A DNA stretch of 63,857 nt, filler included, from Reticulomyxa filosa (taxonomy: Eukaryota > Protista > Foraminifera): NCBI GenBank assembly GCA_000512085.1. It is 13 parts of 13 records of this genome, joined end to end, with 100 filler letters (N's around TTAATTAATTAA, not from the genome) between each part and the next. Parts side by side here need not be neighbours in the genome. Positions count along the whole stretch, not along the records: positions 1 to 11,614 come from ASPP01012816.1; positions 11,715 to 13,150 come from ASPP01005081.1; positions 13,251 to 16,984 come from ASPP01013841.1; 10 more parts are not named here. One strand, written 5' to 3'. Shown piece by piece: positions 1 to 13,393 of the stretch; position 1 is the first letter of the stretch; every line of letters starts with the position of its first letter. The notes under the pieces were generated by a model. It saw only the letters and a list, made by a program, of their open reading frames with translations. It did no database searches and was not told the DNA's origin. Position numbers and translations under genes: made by a program.

Positions 1-461
1 TTTACATGTCGCATTTTTTAATTTTTTATTTTTTAGAATTATTATTTTTTTTTTTGTTTTCAGTTTTTATGTTAATTTTGAATTTATCAAATCTTTTATG
101 TTAGTTCATTTGTTGTCGACTTTATTCTTTTTTTTGTAATACGAACAAAACATTACAAAAATTCCAAAAAGCTGCAAAAAAACAATTGATTAAATGTGAG
201 CGCACATGCTTCAAACAATGAAATTAACTGTTATTTAGGTGTAATATTTTTAGTATTGCACTTTAGAACTTTTTGTTTGAGTTTGTCTGATTGAAAGGGG
301 TGTCACCAACGTAAATTTTTTGTAAATGTTTTGCACGTTATTATAGTCTTTGTTTTTTTTTTTGTATAACTAGCATTCAGTTATTTTTTGTTTTTCCCGT
401 TTTGTGCAATTTGAAGAAAGAATAGAAGGTTCCTGGAAGATTCTGCACTGTCAACAAAAAA

Positions 462-2527
462 ATGGAAAAAGCGTCGCCGTTTTTTTTTGTTGAAGATGAG
501 TTATTAAATGAACCTCCAACAACAAAGCTAGAAGATTTGGACGAATTTGTGACAGAAGTCAAGTCAAAGGATGTCGACGAAGTGATGCAAGGCGTACAAA
601 GTGTGCGCGAACTGTTAAGTAACATTGATGAAGATCTCCCAATCCAGGAGGTATTGAGTTCGGGAGTGGTGTCCAATCTGGTCGGTATTGTGTCGAGCAA
701 ATTCGACTTTGCCACAAGCACGAAAGATAAATCTTTGGCAGATGATATCAAAGACAAGCTTCAATTCCATGCCTCTTGGTTATGTATTTTGTTGTTGTTG
801 ACGATGATAGCCCTAGCATTTCAATCCCCGAAATACAAAATGCAAACAATGACTTTGACTTTGGATTGAAAAAAAAAAACAAAACTATATTAATTTTAAA
901 AATAATGGAAAATACGTATGCGTGCATGATTAGGGCGTTGGGCAATCTCGCAACCGGTAATGAGGAACAGCAGAAGCAATTGGCAGATATGGGCTGCATT
1001 GAAGGACTTGTACAACTGTTGAAAAGCACAACGAATACGGAAAACTTCAATCAAGCTGTTTGGGGCTTGGGAAACATGGCCGCAGACTCTGCGATCCTTC
1101 GAGACCAAATCATGCGAGTTAAGTGTCTGCTACGTACGTATGTACTTTTTTTTTTTTTGCTCCTTTTGTACCATGATGAACTTTTTTCCGAATGAAAGAC
1201 CCCCCCCCTTCCTCCTTTTCTTTGGTGTGCAATGGATTCAAAGAGTGGACTGTTGGACATCATTTTGGAAAGCATGGACAAACAACCAGCGGAGACGAGA
1301 CGCGAAATGATATACACGCTCGGTACCTTATGTCAAACCAAACCGTTTCCAGAGTGGACGCAGATTGCCCCATTTTTGCCGTATTTGGTCGGCCTGATTG
1401 CACAACCAACCGACCACGAAACAGTTACCAATACCTTGCGTTGTTTCGATTGTTTAAGCACCGAGGACGATGGCAAAAACGGAGACGAGCCCAAAACTGC
1501 CACTTTTTCCTCGCGCATTGATTCCATTATTCGAACGGGCCTTGTTCCTCTTCTTTTTAAATTGGTTCAACAATACTGTGAACAAGAAGACGACAATCAA
1601 GTAATATCACGTATACATATACGTATATATGTACGTATACTTATTGATTTATTTTGTATAATGTTTGTTTGTTTGTTTGTTTGTGGCTCGTCTCTGTAAT
1701 CACGAAGGTCGAAAGTAACAGACCAAGTCGCAGTGTAATAAGCCTTTGTATTCGCATAATTGGAAATATTGTATCTGGAACTGACGAACAAACACAAGTG
1801 GTCATCAACAGCGGCTTCTTTGACGTCATTGACGTATTCCTTGATCATCCAAAATCAAATGTTCAGAAAATCGCTTGCTGGACTTTATCCAATGTCATCT
1901 CCTGTCTCGAAGGAGATAATAAATTACATCTCTTTCTTCAAAAAGAGCAACTTGTCAAGTATATATGCATACATATATCTATTTATTTTTTTATGCCGTG
2001 CGATGCACGCAAATGTGTCTGTGTGCATTACTTATGTAATTTAGCACATGTAACATATACATATATTAATGTATATGTCACGCATTATTTTGTGTTGGCC
2101 TTTTCCAAGGAAAGTAATTGCGCTGGCAAGACAAGAGAAGGCGGCCTCACTTCGCAAAGAAGCTTGTTGGTGCTTGTACAATGCCATGGCCGGAGCTTCG
2201 TTTCAACAAATGAAGGAACTGGTTGATGCTGGGTTCATAGAGACAATGGTCGAATTGCTGAATTTGAGGGCACGTCATCTCATTTCTTTGTCGTTGACTG
2301 CCTTATCTGCATGTTTTGAACTTTACGAAGAATATTCGTGTTGTCCCGATTCCATTAATCCATTCGTTGAAAAAATGGAAGAATTAGGCGGATTAAATCT
2401 TTTGGAAAATATCCTTGCAACTTCTCAAGGAGATAATTCTGTTATCACAGATTTTATTGCCAAGTTTTGGCCTAATGATGACCCTCTTGTTGATGAGATG
2501 GAATCACTGCAAATTTTTAGTCAGTGA
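462..2527 (+). CDS. Importin-alpha-like armadillo-repeat protein (5 exons; introns at about 779-933, 1118-1243, 1601-1707, 1959-2109)
   Basis: Splicing at GT-AG sites reconstitutes typical importin-alpha ARM repeats: LQFHASW|ALGNLATGNEEQ, QAVWGLGNMAADSAILRD, IRIIGNIVSGTDEQTQVVINSG, QKIACWTLSNV, RKEACWCLYN, MEELGGLNLLENI. Confidence 0.85.
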
Positions 2528-3545
2528 AAAGGCAAATAAAAGGTGAAGAAGGGTTTAAGGACTGTTAACTAACTTATTTATTCTTTTCAAATTTTATGCA
2601 AAAATGGATACTTTATACAATTCATTAAAAAAAAATTATTGTCAATCTTATCAAAATAAAATGCCAAATAAATAACTGGCAAATTACACTTTATTCTCTA
2701 CAACTTCACAGTATATACGTTTTCAAATTTTCCTTTATTTCAAAATATTAGCTTCTGTACAATGAATTATCCATCTTTAGTTACTCTCTTTTAGTGCCAA
2801 CAGAAATTTGTGAACTTTGTTTTGAATATTCAATGATATCTTTCCAATTTGTTTTTTCACACGTGATCGATTTTATCTTAGTTAGTACAATGCTGTATTA
2901 TGACTAAGTTTAGAATTCTGTAATAAGTTAAGCAGTTAATGCTGATAAACAACAGTATTCTTTGAAATATGAATTTTCTTTGAACTGAATTTTACATAAT
3001 ACATGTTTCCTCCAGTGTTTGTGTCGTCAAATATTCGAACAAAGTATCAGTACTAGTTTTTGCTTCCCAATATTTATGATAACCAAAATCTTTGGAAGTT
3101 ATTGCAATTTGTAGCATATTATTTATCTTTTTATAAGTGTTATATTAAGCTTCTGTTTTTTGTGTCCAAAGGGTTGAGTCCTTAGCTTTTTGTGTTTAGA
3201 AGTTATGGTCATATACTTTCTTGCCAGTTAAATTACTTTTCTTCATATCAAATTTCTATAAATTTAAAATAAAATATCTTCTAGTTGAATAACAAACATT
3301 TAATCTTAGATAAAATAACAACTTTAGTTTTTTAAATTTTGTTGATGAAAAGAGAATGAAAAAGTTGTTGTCTAGTCAAAAAAAGTGAAAAAATAGCTTT
3401 ATTAGGTTTGAGAAGCATAGAGATTTGAAGTTGTGGCTAGTTTTATGTTAGATATAGAAAAGAAAAGAAACCAAAACACACTACGAAGTGAACAGTATTC
3501 ACGATACTGGGTTGTGTTATGAGAACTCCTTCGCTCGTTATTCGA

Positions 3546-5361
3546 CTATTCGAAGGGGAGTTGATCATACATATCGATAAGTTCGTCAGCATGGGTTTTT
3601 TCCATTGTGTTTTGATTTCTCGAATCATGAAACCACAACCAATTTGCATTGGAGGAATGATGCGAATTATCGAAATGCCCTTGATAAAACCTTTCACGTG
3701 TGTTGTCTTCCCAGTCCAAGTCCTCTTCTTCCTCTTCCACTTTATATCCGGCGTTTCCAAGGTTCTGTTTTGCGTGTTTTCTCTTTCGTCTTAAGTCATA
3801 ATTATCCTCGTCGGCCTCTTCGTCTTCACCGCATTCTTCCTCACTCTCGTGGTCTGAGTTCCCCGATCCCGGCACATATCCAAACCAGTAATGTTCCGCT
3901 GTAGAGTCATTTTCATCCACACACACATGCATATTATTTTTGCAAGTGTTTATTGTCGCACGAAATATAGAGTAACATGCAAAAAGAGAAAAAAAAAAAA
4001 AAACTATTTGGATCATCAGCATCGTCTTCATCCCCGCTGGTGACATCAAATTCTCCCAAACTTGACAAGTGCTCGACTTTTTTTCTGATTTTGGCTCGTT
4101 CGTATTTCTTCTGCAACGGCGAGATGGATTCGTCCATGACGATGGTGGGGATGTGGTCGTCACGATCTTGCGTCTTGGGCTTTACACAAATGAGGTCGTT
4201 GCTGTCCTCTTCGATGACCTCGTAGAGGTCGTATCTCGTCTCCTCGTCCTCCTCCATGCCGTTGGAGTCAGTTCGAAAATACGTGTTCGTGTCTTTAAAA
4301 TACGTCAAATCAATAATGGCCTCATATCGAGGTCGAATGCGCGATAGCGCATTTCGAGGTTGCGAATGGCTGACGTTGTCGTCTTCCGTTTGTCGGGGCT
4401 CATGACCACGGCGAATTTCATTGTTGCGATAGTTATTGTTATTATTATTAGTGTCATTGTCATCACACTTTTCTTTTCTAGTGCTTTTCCATCGAAATCC
4501 TCCGCGAGGCTTTGTCCTTCGGTTTTGTCTTGCGGCCACAGGCAAACAAGGCTCGAACTTTCTCGTCGGTTGCTGTGGACTTGACAACAAACTAGAATCT
4601 CTTGCTTCGATATTGCGCTCGAGTGAAAGATGTGAACGTTTTGCATTGTCGACAATTGGGTTCAATGGATCATCGTATCCCCTCGTCGGTTTCGTGTACG
4701 TATCGTTGTCGTCTGTACTCATTGACCACCATTGCGCGTTGTTGTTATTGGGCTCTTTTTTCAATTGCTCATTTTTAGTGTTCAAGTATTCGTAGCTTTG
4801 TTTCATTCTTTGAAACATTCCTTCGCTGTTGCGATTGTCCGTCGCTGTTCCGCGGTGCACGTTCGATGGTGGCCCTTTTCTCGTCGTCTTGTTGCCAGTT
4901 GTTAGCTGTGTTAATGTCTGCTTTTGAGTTTCTGCGTTTCTATCGACCTCCTTGCTTTCGCTTGTGTTCTCGGATGGCACTTGTCTCTTGCTTGGCTTTC
5001 GCACCAATCGAAATACGCGCTTTGTATATTCTGCGCTTTCATTGCAAGGGATCGATGCCGCTTCAGATTTAGAATCATCTTGCTGTGATAGATGAAGAGT
5101 TGACGCAAAGGAATGAGTTAGTTCGTCAGTTGCCTGTAAACGTTGACGCTTCGCTCTTTTTTCATATAGTACTATTGTTTTTATTTTTGTGAGTTTTTTT
5201 TATTACTGCTTGTTGGGAAACACGAAACTCGGAAAAAAAAAACACCACATATTTTGAAACAATCTTCAACTCAGAAAAGGTTCCTCATCTTCTTCTCTTT
5301 TTCTTTTCACGCGCAAGAATATCGGTGCCTTTTGTGAACCAGATGATCGTTTTGGCTCCAT
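3546..5361 (-). CDS. Iwr1/SLC7A6OS/DMS4-like RNA polymerase II nuclear-import factor (multi-exon, acidic, with homopolymer frameshifts)
   Basis: A 5' exon missed by the ORF track (about 5361-5272) encodes PIFLRVKRKREEDEEPFL, and the next exon begins EKRAKRQR. Later come YDLYEV and an acidic DENDSTAEHYW..G motif. These match the LRVKRKR N-terminus, YDxY motif and DSNxE..Y motif of the Iwr1 family. Confidence 0.55.
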
Positions 5362-5781
5362 TTGACGCTTTTTTTTATTTTAATCGTCTCCCTTATCTTG
5401 TACTTTTTCTTTATGTTTCGGGTCTTGCACTCCAGTAGTTTTTAGCAATGTCTTCATGTGGTGTGATCGAAATATGGTACGGATGCAATTATTTTAAAAT
5501 GTACAAAAACAGTTTAAGAAAAATTAGATTTTCGTTTTGAGCAACGACTAAAGTTGACTGTATGCCGAAATAATAGACAATGACCTACTTTTTGTTGTTG
5601 TTATGTATATCACAAATTATAAAAATTGTTACAAAAAATACAAAGCATTATGAAGCCACAATAAAGACTCGTGCGTGTTTGAACACCAGAAAGCAAACAC
5701 AAAGCTGACAATTAATTTTTAAGTGACTAAGACAAGCAAGTATATACACCTCGCATATAACCAATTTGCTCTAAAGAATAT

Positions 5782-8352
5782 TTATTTTTTTTTCAAAAGT
5801 GCAACTATGGCAGCGGATCTATTCAAACGACGGACAGCTTCCAAAGGTGTTTCTTTCATCTGTACATATCCACACATTTGCAGACATCAGTAATATTTGA
5901 GTATTACTATCTTACAAGTAATATATACATTACCAAGGTTTCATTTTTCTGTTCTAACAGTTCATTCCATACAGTGTCAGGCATTTGTTCTCGCAAGCAC
6001 TTCAAGCTGTCCAGTATGTTTTTGTTTTCACTCATCACGACCAGGTGTATCATATTTAAGCCTTCAAAATCATGGCGTTTATTCTGTATACGTTCCAAAA
6101 CAAAACAAAAACATTGCAATCACACAATTGTGTAAGGGTGATTACAAAACAACGCAACATTTGTGGTCATCTTCCAAAAGTTGATATTGTTTTCGTTCTT
6201 TGTGATCAGCACAGACATAATGCTTTCGTTCATTTCAGAGGACATCCACAGTGCGAACATCAAAGGTGTTCGGCCAAACTAAAAGCATATTGTTGTAATC
6301 GTATATTTAGTAAGCATATTTTCTTTGCAATAAAAGCGTTGAAACAAAAGAAAAAAAGTACAGTACATTTTTTTTTCGACGTAACGTCGTCAATTGTGAG
6401 AATAATCTTTTCCCAAGATTTGTCGGGCACGTACTTTTTTATCAGCATCAATCGCTTTTGTACATTTGGCAAATTATTTTCGAACAGTAAGTGCACTGCA
6501 TTTTTCTTAAGCTATTTGTATTTATTTATTTATTGAACGCCATTTGTGCATCACATTCGAAATGGAAAAAAAAGACATTACCAAAAAAAAAAAAAAAGGT
6601 TACCCTAATTCCGTGCATTGGATCTCCCAGAACTGAGAGTTTTCTTTGTAGTTAGTCGGAATAAGTGCTTGTATTACAGTGTCATTCAGTTCAGATTGGA
6701 ACAGTATTGCATTCATCAATGGAGTCAAACCTTGCTATTTTTCCAAGTAAAAAAAAAAAAATCTCTGAATTTTTCCACACATTGGTATATAGATTCATAT
6801 GCAAAACATACAAAAGTCTCTGGAGTTTGAACGAAAGTTTGCCATCTCTTTTCGTCTCGAATGTTTTCCTGCAACAAAGCCAAGATCGATGCAAGACTGA
6901 CATTTGTATTGCGAACAGCAAAATTAATGCACGAGTAGTGATCCTTTTGTAGTGTGACCCGAAGCAAAGCATTCAATTGATTCAATATATGTATATATGT
7001 ACATATGTACATATGTGTGAATGTATCCTCTATTAACGTTGTCCAAAGCATTCCACACAGTTCGTGCCATGTCCGGATCGGAAGGGATGAAGAGTTTCAT
7101 ACAAGCAACGGACGTCTGTTTCCACAAGGCCTGCATTAAGGGATATCCGCCGTCGTTGTCCGTTTGTCGGAGTTGTGACTGGACTAACTCGCGCGGAAGA
7201 AAATCGCCGCTGTGCAGGAGCGCATTGGCGTAGCCAAAGGTGACACTGGAATTGTTGGCCATCTGGGACGCGAAATTTCCGCCATTGGAGTTGCGAAAGG
7301 AAAGGATGAATTGGGAGCGGCAGAACTCGTTGGGGAAATACAGCATCAGATTGGCCACGTCTTTGGGATTGAACGAGGCGATTTGCAATTGCACGTCAAA
7401 CGACAGCGTGTCAATGATTTTCGAAGAGTCCATCAAAAACAACTCTTGTCGTGATATTTCGTAAAAAAGGATGCGCTTTGTGCTTCAAATCGGACATGGT
7501 TTTCAAAAGGAACTGCACTTCACATACAATGCTCGCTTTCTCTTTGATAAACAAGATATTCATTTTCACGTCTTTGTATTCTCGAGGAATATTGGGTAGC
7601 TTCGTTTTCTTTTCTTTTTTTCGTCATCGACATTATTACCACTGCTGTTGCTATTGCTATTGCTATTGCTGTGATCATGATCATTGTCTTGATCTTGTCG
7701 CGAATATTCCTCGAAACCATTCTTCACACGTACCACTTTGAACTTGTCGCGATATTGCGAAGAAAGGACAGAGTCGGTAAAGTAATCCAAGCCTTGCATC
7801 AAATGACGTATGTCGACAAACGTGACCTGGCATCGTAACACATCAATGACGTGAGCTGATTTGGGAAAGACTTCGTTTTTGTAGTCCACCTGCGCCTTCA
7901 ACTTGCATCGCTCGTGTGTCTTAATAGGACCTCGTTCAAACGTGCAGCCTTTGCAGGCGCGAAAGATGTCTTCCATTTGAGTTTGGAAAGCGTCGTTCAT
8001 GGTGTGTGCCCTGGTGAGCAGCTCGTTCAAATACATGTCAAAGTCGTATACGTGTTTGGGATGAAAGGCCACATCGTCGCTGCTCGTCTGCATATTCAGC
8101 AGTTGCTGCTCGCTGACTTGGCATCGCAGTCCAAATTCGAGGTCGTCGTCCTGTCGACACTTTTTCGACAGAGGCGTGGTCCACTTAAACTGCGTCAATT
8201 TCTTGTACTCGTCCAAGTGCTGTTCCACTTCGGCCAGCATCTCCTTCTCAAACATTTGCATCGCTTTGTCTGTTTCTTTCGTACATAGCGCTTGAATGTC
8301 GTACCATTTCATGCGTTTTTTGAGTACTTTTTTTTTGTCTTTGTTATTTTTA

Positions 8353-8390
<38 letters not shown>

Positions 8391-9366
8391 CCTTGTCTTG
8401 TACGACAGGCTTCACTTCCTCCATCCACAACAACAAATCTCGATTGTCCAAAACATGCTCCTCCAACCACTTTTGATCGTTGGCATTATCACACAACGCG
8501 TCGATATTCAATATTTGTTTGCACTTGTTCAACATGGCGCTTTCCATTTCATCTTTGCTGTGCAGCCAACACAGATTGAACACGTCACTACTCAGGATCT
8601 TGCTGTGCTTGATCATGGCTAACATGGTTTTAATCAATCCTCTCATGACTAACGAAAATTCTGTTTGTATCATCGTTTTCTTCAATTCGTCGTACAATTG
8701 CTGACACTTGCTTTTTTCCACCATTTGCTTCATCGCGTAATCGCGCATCATTTTCTCTTTTTCGCTCATAAAATTCGCCGCCATCAACACCTTTATCGCC
8801 TGCGTGTTTTGGAACACGATCGCCGTTTGCAGCGCGTGGTCAAACACCTGTCGATGCTCCTTTGGCTTCAGATACTCGGCTTCCAATAAGTAACGCGCAC
8901 ATTTCGCGTTGTTTCCTGTCACCGGGCATACCAAATGTGACAATAGTGTTTCCTTTTATATTTTATTTCATTACATACACCATATAATTTGAAGTATACA
9001 TACAAAAAAAAAAAGAACCCTTTTTTTTTTCCACATTATGTTACTTTGTAAACATTGAACACGAACGCCAGTTCCCATATTATATCCTTATAGTAACGTT
9101 GCAAAATATCCACAAACAATATCTCTCTTTTTTGCGATGCACACATACATGCGTAGGTACATATCTCCACCTTGTTCAATTATTACACACAACAACATAT
9201 GCACGCTCATATCTTTATTTTCTTTTAGCTTTAAACATATTAAATTTTATGCACGTGTATACGTATGTGCATATAGTAAGTATCAAACTGATTTGTCAAT
9301 ACGATTTGCCAACGCTTCAATCTTCTGGATATGCTGCACATGGAGAGGGTCCATCTTCGTGTTCAT
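5782..9366 (-). CDS. Multi-exon protein with ankyrin-like repeats flanking a RelA/SpoT-synthetase-like nucleotidyltransferase domain
   Basis: Core motifs in order (about 7930-7450): GPIKTHERCKLKAQVDY, IDVLRCQVTF, VRVKNGF, then after single-base homopolymer shifts at about 7618 and 7465, EYKDVKMNILF, IVCEVQFLL, AHPFYEISR. Ankyrin-like segments: HALQTAIVFQNTQAIKVLM, DNDGGYPLMQAL, GLNMIHLVV, and the last exon ETPLEAVRRLNRSAAIVALLKKK*. The start at 9366 is tentative. Confidence 0.7.
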
Positions 9367-9984
9367 ATCCGTTATTTTTTTTGTTGTTGTTTTGTTTTAA
9401 ATGTCAAATAGTTAAAATTTGGATAATTTTAAAAAAATACCAGCTCAGATTTTTCATCATTATTGTTGCCTTCAGCTTTCTATTGTTTGTTTTGTATTTC
9501 TTCCTTTCTTTTTTTGTTGTTACAATTGAAAAAACAAAAGACCCAAGCGGATTGTTTTTTTTTCTTCTCGTTTTACACGAAATGAAACCTGATCCATATC
9601 ACAGATTTATCTTCTTTAAAACGTGAATTAGATTTCTTTTTTCTTCGTTTCAATAGCTTGGTTTTTGTAAAAAATTATTTAGGATTCGTACTACCAGTGT
9701 CCTTCAGTTTCAAAGTTTACACTAACGCAAAAATATATCTTGTTACCTTCATATAACAGGAATACTTAATTTAATCTTTGTAAATAAAAGACATACTAAA
9801 AACATCTTTTTTAAGTTGAAGTTAGTTGTTTGGACAATTTGGACTCGTGTTTTTGTTTGTTTTTCCTTAGAAATAAAAAATAAGATTATTCAAATCTTTC
9901 ATGATAATCAATTAAACTTGGATATGCGCGGTGATGACTTCAATTTAAAATAAATTCATTGAATCAAAAACAAAAAACAATAAT

Positions 9985-11575
9985 TTATCTCTTTTCTTCT
10001 TCATCGTCTTCGTTTTCAACCTCTTTGAGCCTCTCACCCAAAGCAAATTGTTTGGCATTTTCAAACTCTTCAAATCTTCTAATTTTTTCAGGAGTAACTG
10101 CCCAAAACTCTGTGGCGACATTTGCCAAGAAATATTGGTCATGGGAAATCAGTAAGACGCCTCCATGGAAGGCTTTGATTGCTTCTGTTAAACTGTCAAT
10201 TGTCTCCATATCCAAATGGTTAGTAGGTTCATCCATGATAAGGAAATGAGGCATAGACCACGTCGCAACGCAAAAAGCGACTCTTGATTTTTGTCCTCCG
10301 CTCAAATATTTCATTTCTTGAGTGTGTTGTTGCCCAGTCAATTGGAATCGTCCCAATTGTCGACGAACATATTGTACCTGTGTAATATAACGATGCAAAC
10401 GACAAGAAGCAATGTTTATTATTATGACAAATATAACAACAGCAATAGCAATAGCAATAGCAATAATAATAACAAAAAGCAGAAAAGCAAAACACAAAAC
10501 TTTGTCTTTTTCTCTTTTTAACAAGTCATCATCGGCAAAACGCTCACAAATAAATTCGATAGCGGATTGTTCTAGATTCAATTGGTCCATGTGATATTGA
10601 GTGAAAAGTGCAATTCTCGCCTGTCGATTTCGCAAGCACTCGCCCTCCAAAGGCTGCACTTTATCCATGATCAACTTGACCAAAGTACTTTTGCCCACCC
10701 CATTGGCCCCAATCATGCCAATGCGACTGTCCATGTCTAATTGGAAGGTTACATTTTTCAAGAGCATGTGATCCATGTTGGGATATTTGAATTGGACATT
10801 GGTCATGCGACAGACGTAGTCCTCCAATCTGCCGACGTCAGGAAACTCAAACTTCAAAGCCTTGCCAGCGAGAGGGGGTTCTAGGAGTTCAGCTTCGGCT
10901 TCCATTTTTTCCAAAATCTTGCGTTTGGACGCGACGGCAGCAGCCATGTTGACACCTTTTAATTAACAAAAGTATGCATTATATAAATATATTTACATAT
11001 AAATAATATATGTGTATGTATACGATTTCTTTTTTGTATTGTTATAAAAAAAAAAAAAAAAAAATATATATAAAATTATATAATGTAATATCCAACCTTT
11101 ATCTTTATACTTTTCAATCCAAGCTTTGATTTCTTTGATCTGTTTTTTCAAGGCCTCATATTCGGTGACTTGTTCTGTCAATTGCATCTGACTTGTTTTC
11201 AACATGGTTTCGTAGTTGCCACGAAAGTAGAGCAGTTTCTTTTGGGTCAAGTGAATGGTGTGGGTGCAAACGGCGTTCAAAAACTCTCGGTCGTGGGAGA
11301 CCACGATGACTGTTTTGGTGTAGTTGTTTAAATAGTTTTGCAGCCACAACACCGTGGGGAAATCCAAGTGATTCGTGGGTTCGTCCAGCAACATCAAGTC
11401 CGGTTCTACAAACAGTGCCTTCGCCAGTTTCACACGCATTTGCCAGCCACCGCTCAAGTCCCTCGTCGCCTTTTGTGACATTTCTTTCGTGAACCCTAGA
11501 CCTGTCAAAATCGTCATCGCCTTCCGTTCTGACTGGTCGTAGTTCAAGTCCTCACGCGTTTCCCATATTATGCTA
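9985..11575 (-). CDS. ABC-F family (GCN20/ABCF3-like) ATPase, 5'-truncated by the contig end
   Basis: LSGGWQMRVKLAKALFVEPDLMLLDEPTNHLD and VVSHDREFL in the first ABC domain, then the linker, then GANGVGKST, LSGGQKSRVAF, MDEPTNHLD and ISHD in the second. No transmembrane domain once intron 10378-10500 is removed. Confidence 0.93.
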
Positions 11576-11614
11576 TTCACAGCACAATTTTTTATTTTCA
11601 AGTGTGGTTCACCC

Positions 11615-11714
11615 NNNNNNNNNNNNNNNNNNNNNNNNNNNNNNNNNNNNNNNNNNNNTTAATTAATTAANNNNNNNNNNNNNNNNNNNNNNNNNNNNNN
11701 NNNNNNNNNNNNNN
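11615..11714. other. Artificial contig spacer N44-TTAATTAATTAA-N44. Identical copies at 13151, 16985, 19301, 34583, 38325, 45425, 48196, 50151, 54270, 55419 and 62728.
   Basis: Twelve identical 100-bp blocks, each with stop codons in all six frames. Confidence 0.98.
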
Positions 11715-11758
11715 TATATATATATACACATATATAAATAGCAGCAAACTGCAAAACT

Positions 11759-12920
11759 TTTTCAGTATCAGGGGTAACGTCTTGCAAGCTCAATCTTTGG
11801 CGAGGCTTTGGTTTGGAAAAGATAAACGGGAGTTCATCGGAATATTTATCGCTATGACGATTGGATTGCTGTGTTCTCTCGAGATCCATTGTCGTTTTCA
11901 TTTTACGAAATTCTGGGATCGGATCATCTGTTTCGGAAAAGCTGATTTCAATTTTCTTTGGGGCTCGTGGATGCGATTGTGACTTGGACTGTAGTTTCAA
12001 TTGTGGTTTCTTTTTCGCTTCTTCTTCCCCTTCATCATCATCATCATCATCATTATTATTATTATCATTATTATTATTATTATTATCTTCTTCTTCTTCT
12101 TCTTCTTCTTCGTCGTCGTCGTCATAGGCGTAGTTGTAGTTATGATTAGCATATTTCTTTTCTTCTTCCTTTGACTTTTCGACTAAATCTGCTTGTTCCA
12201 TGATCTGCACCTGCTTCTTTGGCTTGACCGACTTGGACTCTGTCTCCGTGGTGGTGTTCGGTTGCTCTTCGTGGTCGGGGTTCAGTTCCAACTCGCTCTC
12301 GGCATTGTCATCGTCGTCTTCATCGTTGTGATGATTCTTGTCGTGCTGCTGACTGCTATTGCTGGGAAGACGCGAGTGCTGTTTGCCAGGGGGGTCACTA
12401 TTTCGAGGAGTATTAGAAAAAGGATACTGCGAGACGCGCTCTTTGCCGTAGACCAGTTTGGAATAGCCTTGTGGGAAAAATGAATGCTTCTGCTTTTCAT
12501 TCGTTTGCATGCGATGCACGGCAATTTCTTGCGACACCATCAGATCCACGCGCATTTCCTGTGCCATCTTTTGCGTCTCCTCCACCGTATGCGTATCGAC
12601 AGCGGTGGTCAAATTCACCAATTGTGATTTCATGGCTGATATTTCTTGTTGCAGTATCAACTGATCTTCGTCCATTTCGCCCGCGGATCCTATCATGTCC
12701 ATCAATGATGTAGCGTCGTGCTCCGACATTGGCTCGTCCTTCCCCGTTCGCAACAATCCGATCATCCCCGCCTTTTCGCGACTTATTCGACTGTTCTTCT
12801 TCGAATGCAAAGGCTGGTCTTTTCCATTCGACTCGTCGCTCTCCTCGTCCGCCTCGTCGCCACTGTCGTCGTCCAATACGTCACGATTCCCCGTCGTTCC
12901 GGATGTCTTCGTCTCGCCTT

Positions 12921-12977
<57 letters not shown>

Positions 12978-13041
12978 GGTTCGCTGTCATTTGGTTCATT
13001 ACCTCTTGTCGGATCTGCTGACTCATTTCATCTTCTTGCTG
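11759..13041 (-). CDS. Large low-complexity acidic exon, possibly the 3' continuation of the poly-RPEL gene
   Basis: Open for about 430 codons between an AG acceptor (about 13042) and a GT donor (about 11758). Contains Thr, Asp, Glu and Asn runs. Linkage across the spacer is inferred only. Confidence 0.55.
12921..12977. repeat. (GTC)n/(GTTGTC)n microsatellite encoding poly-Thr
   Basis: Directly visible. Other coding hexamer repeats are (ATTATG)n at about 16540-16590 (NH repeats) and (CCAATT)n at 22651-22686 (PI repeats). Confidence 0.9.
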
Positions 13042-13393
13042 TTAGGTTTTACACACAAATACAAATACATAGTTTATGCTCATTGTTATATCCCTTCTCC
13101 CCCTTTGTTCATATCTCATTGTGTTTCGTAACATGGTGCAAAAAAAAAAANNNNNNNNNNNNNNNNNNNNNNNNNNNNNNNNNNNNNNNNNNNNTTAATT
13201 AATTAANNNNNNNNNNNNNNNNNNNNNNNNNNNNNNNNNNNNNNNNNNNNTTATTATTATTATTATTATTATTATTATTGTTTAGAACAGTTGCATGCAA
13301 AACAAACATAAATTCAAATACAAATTCAAATACAAATTCAAATACAAATTCAAATACAAATACAAATACAATTGCTAGTATTATACAATGTAC

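Noticed and set aside
10378-10500. Hydrophobic transmembrane-like segment within the ABC-F ORF
   Set aside because: It is a 123-bp stop-free GT-AG intron containing a (ATTGCT)n repeat. Removing it restores the normal ABC-F sequence.
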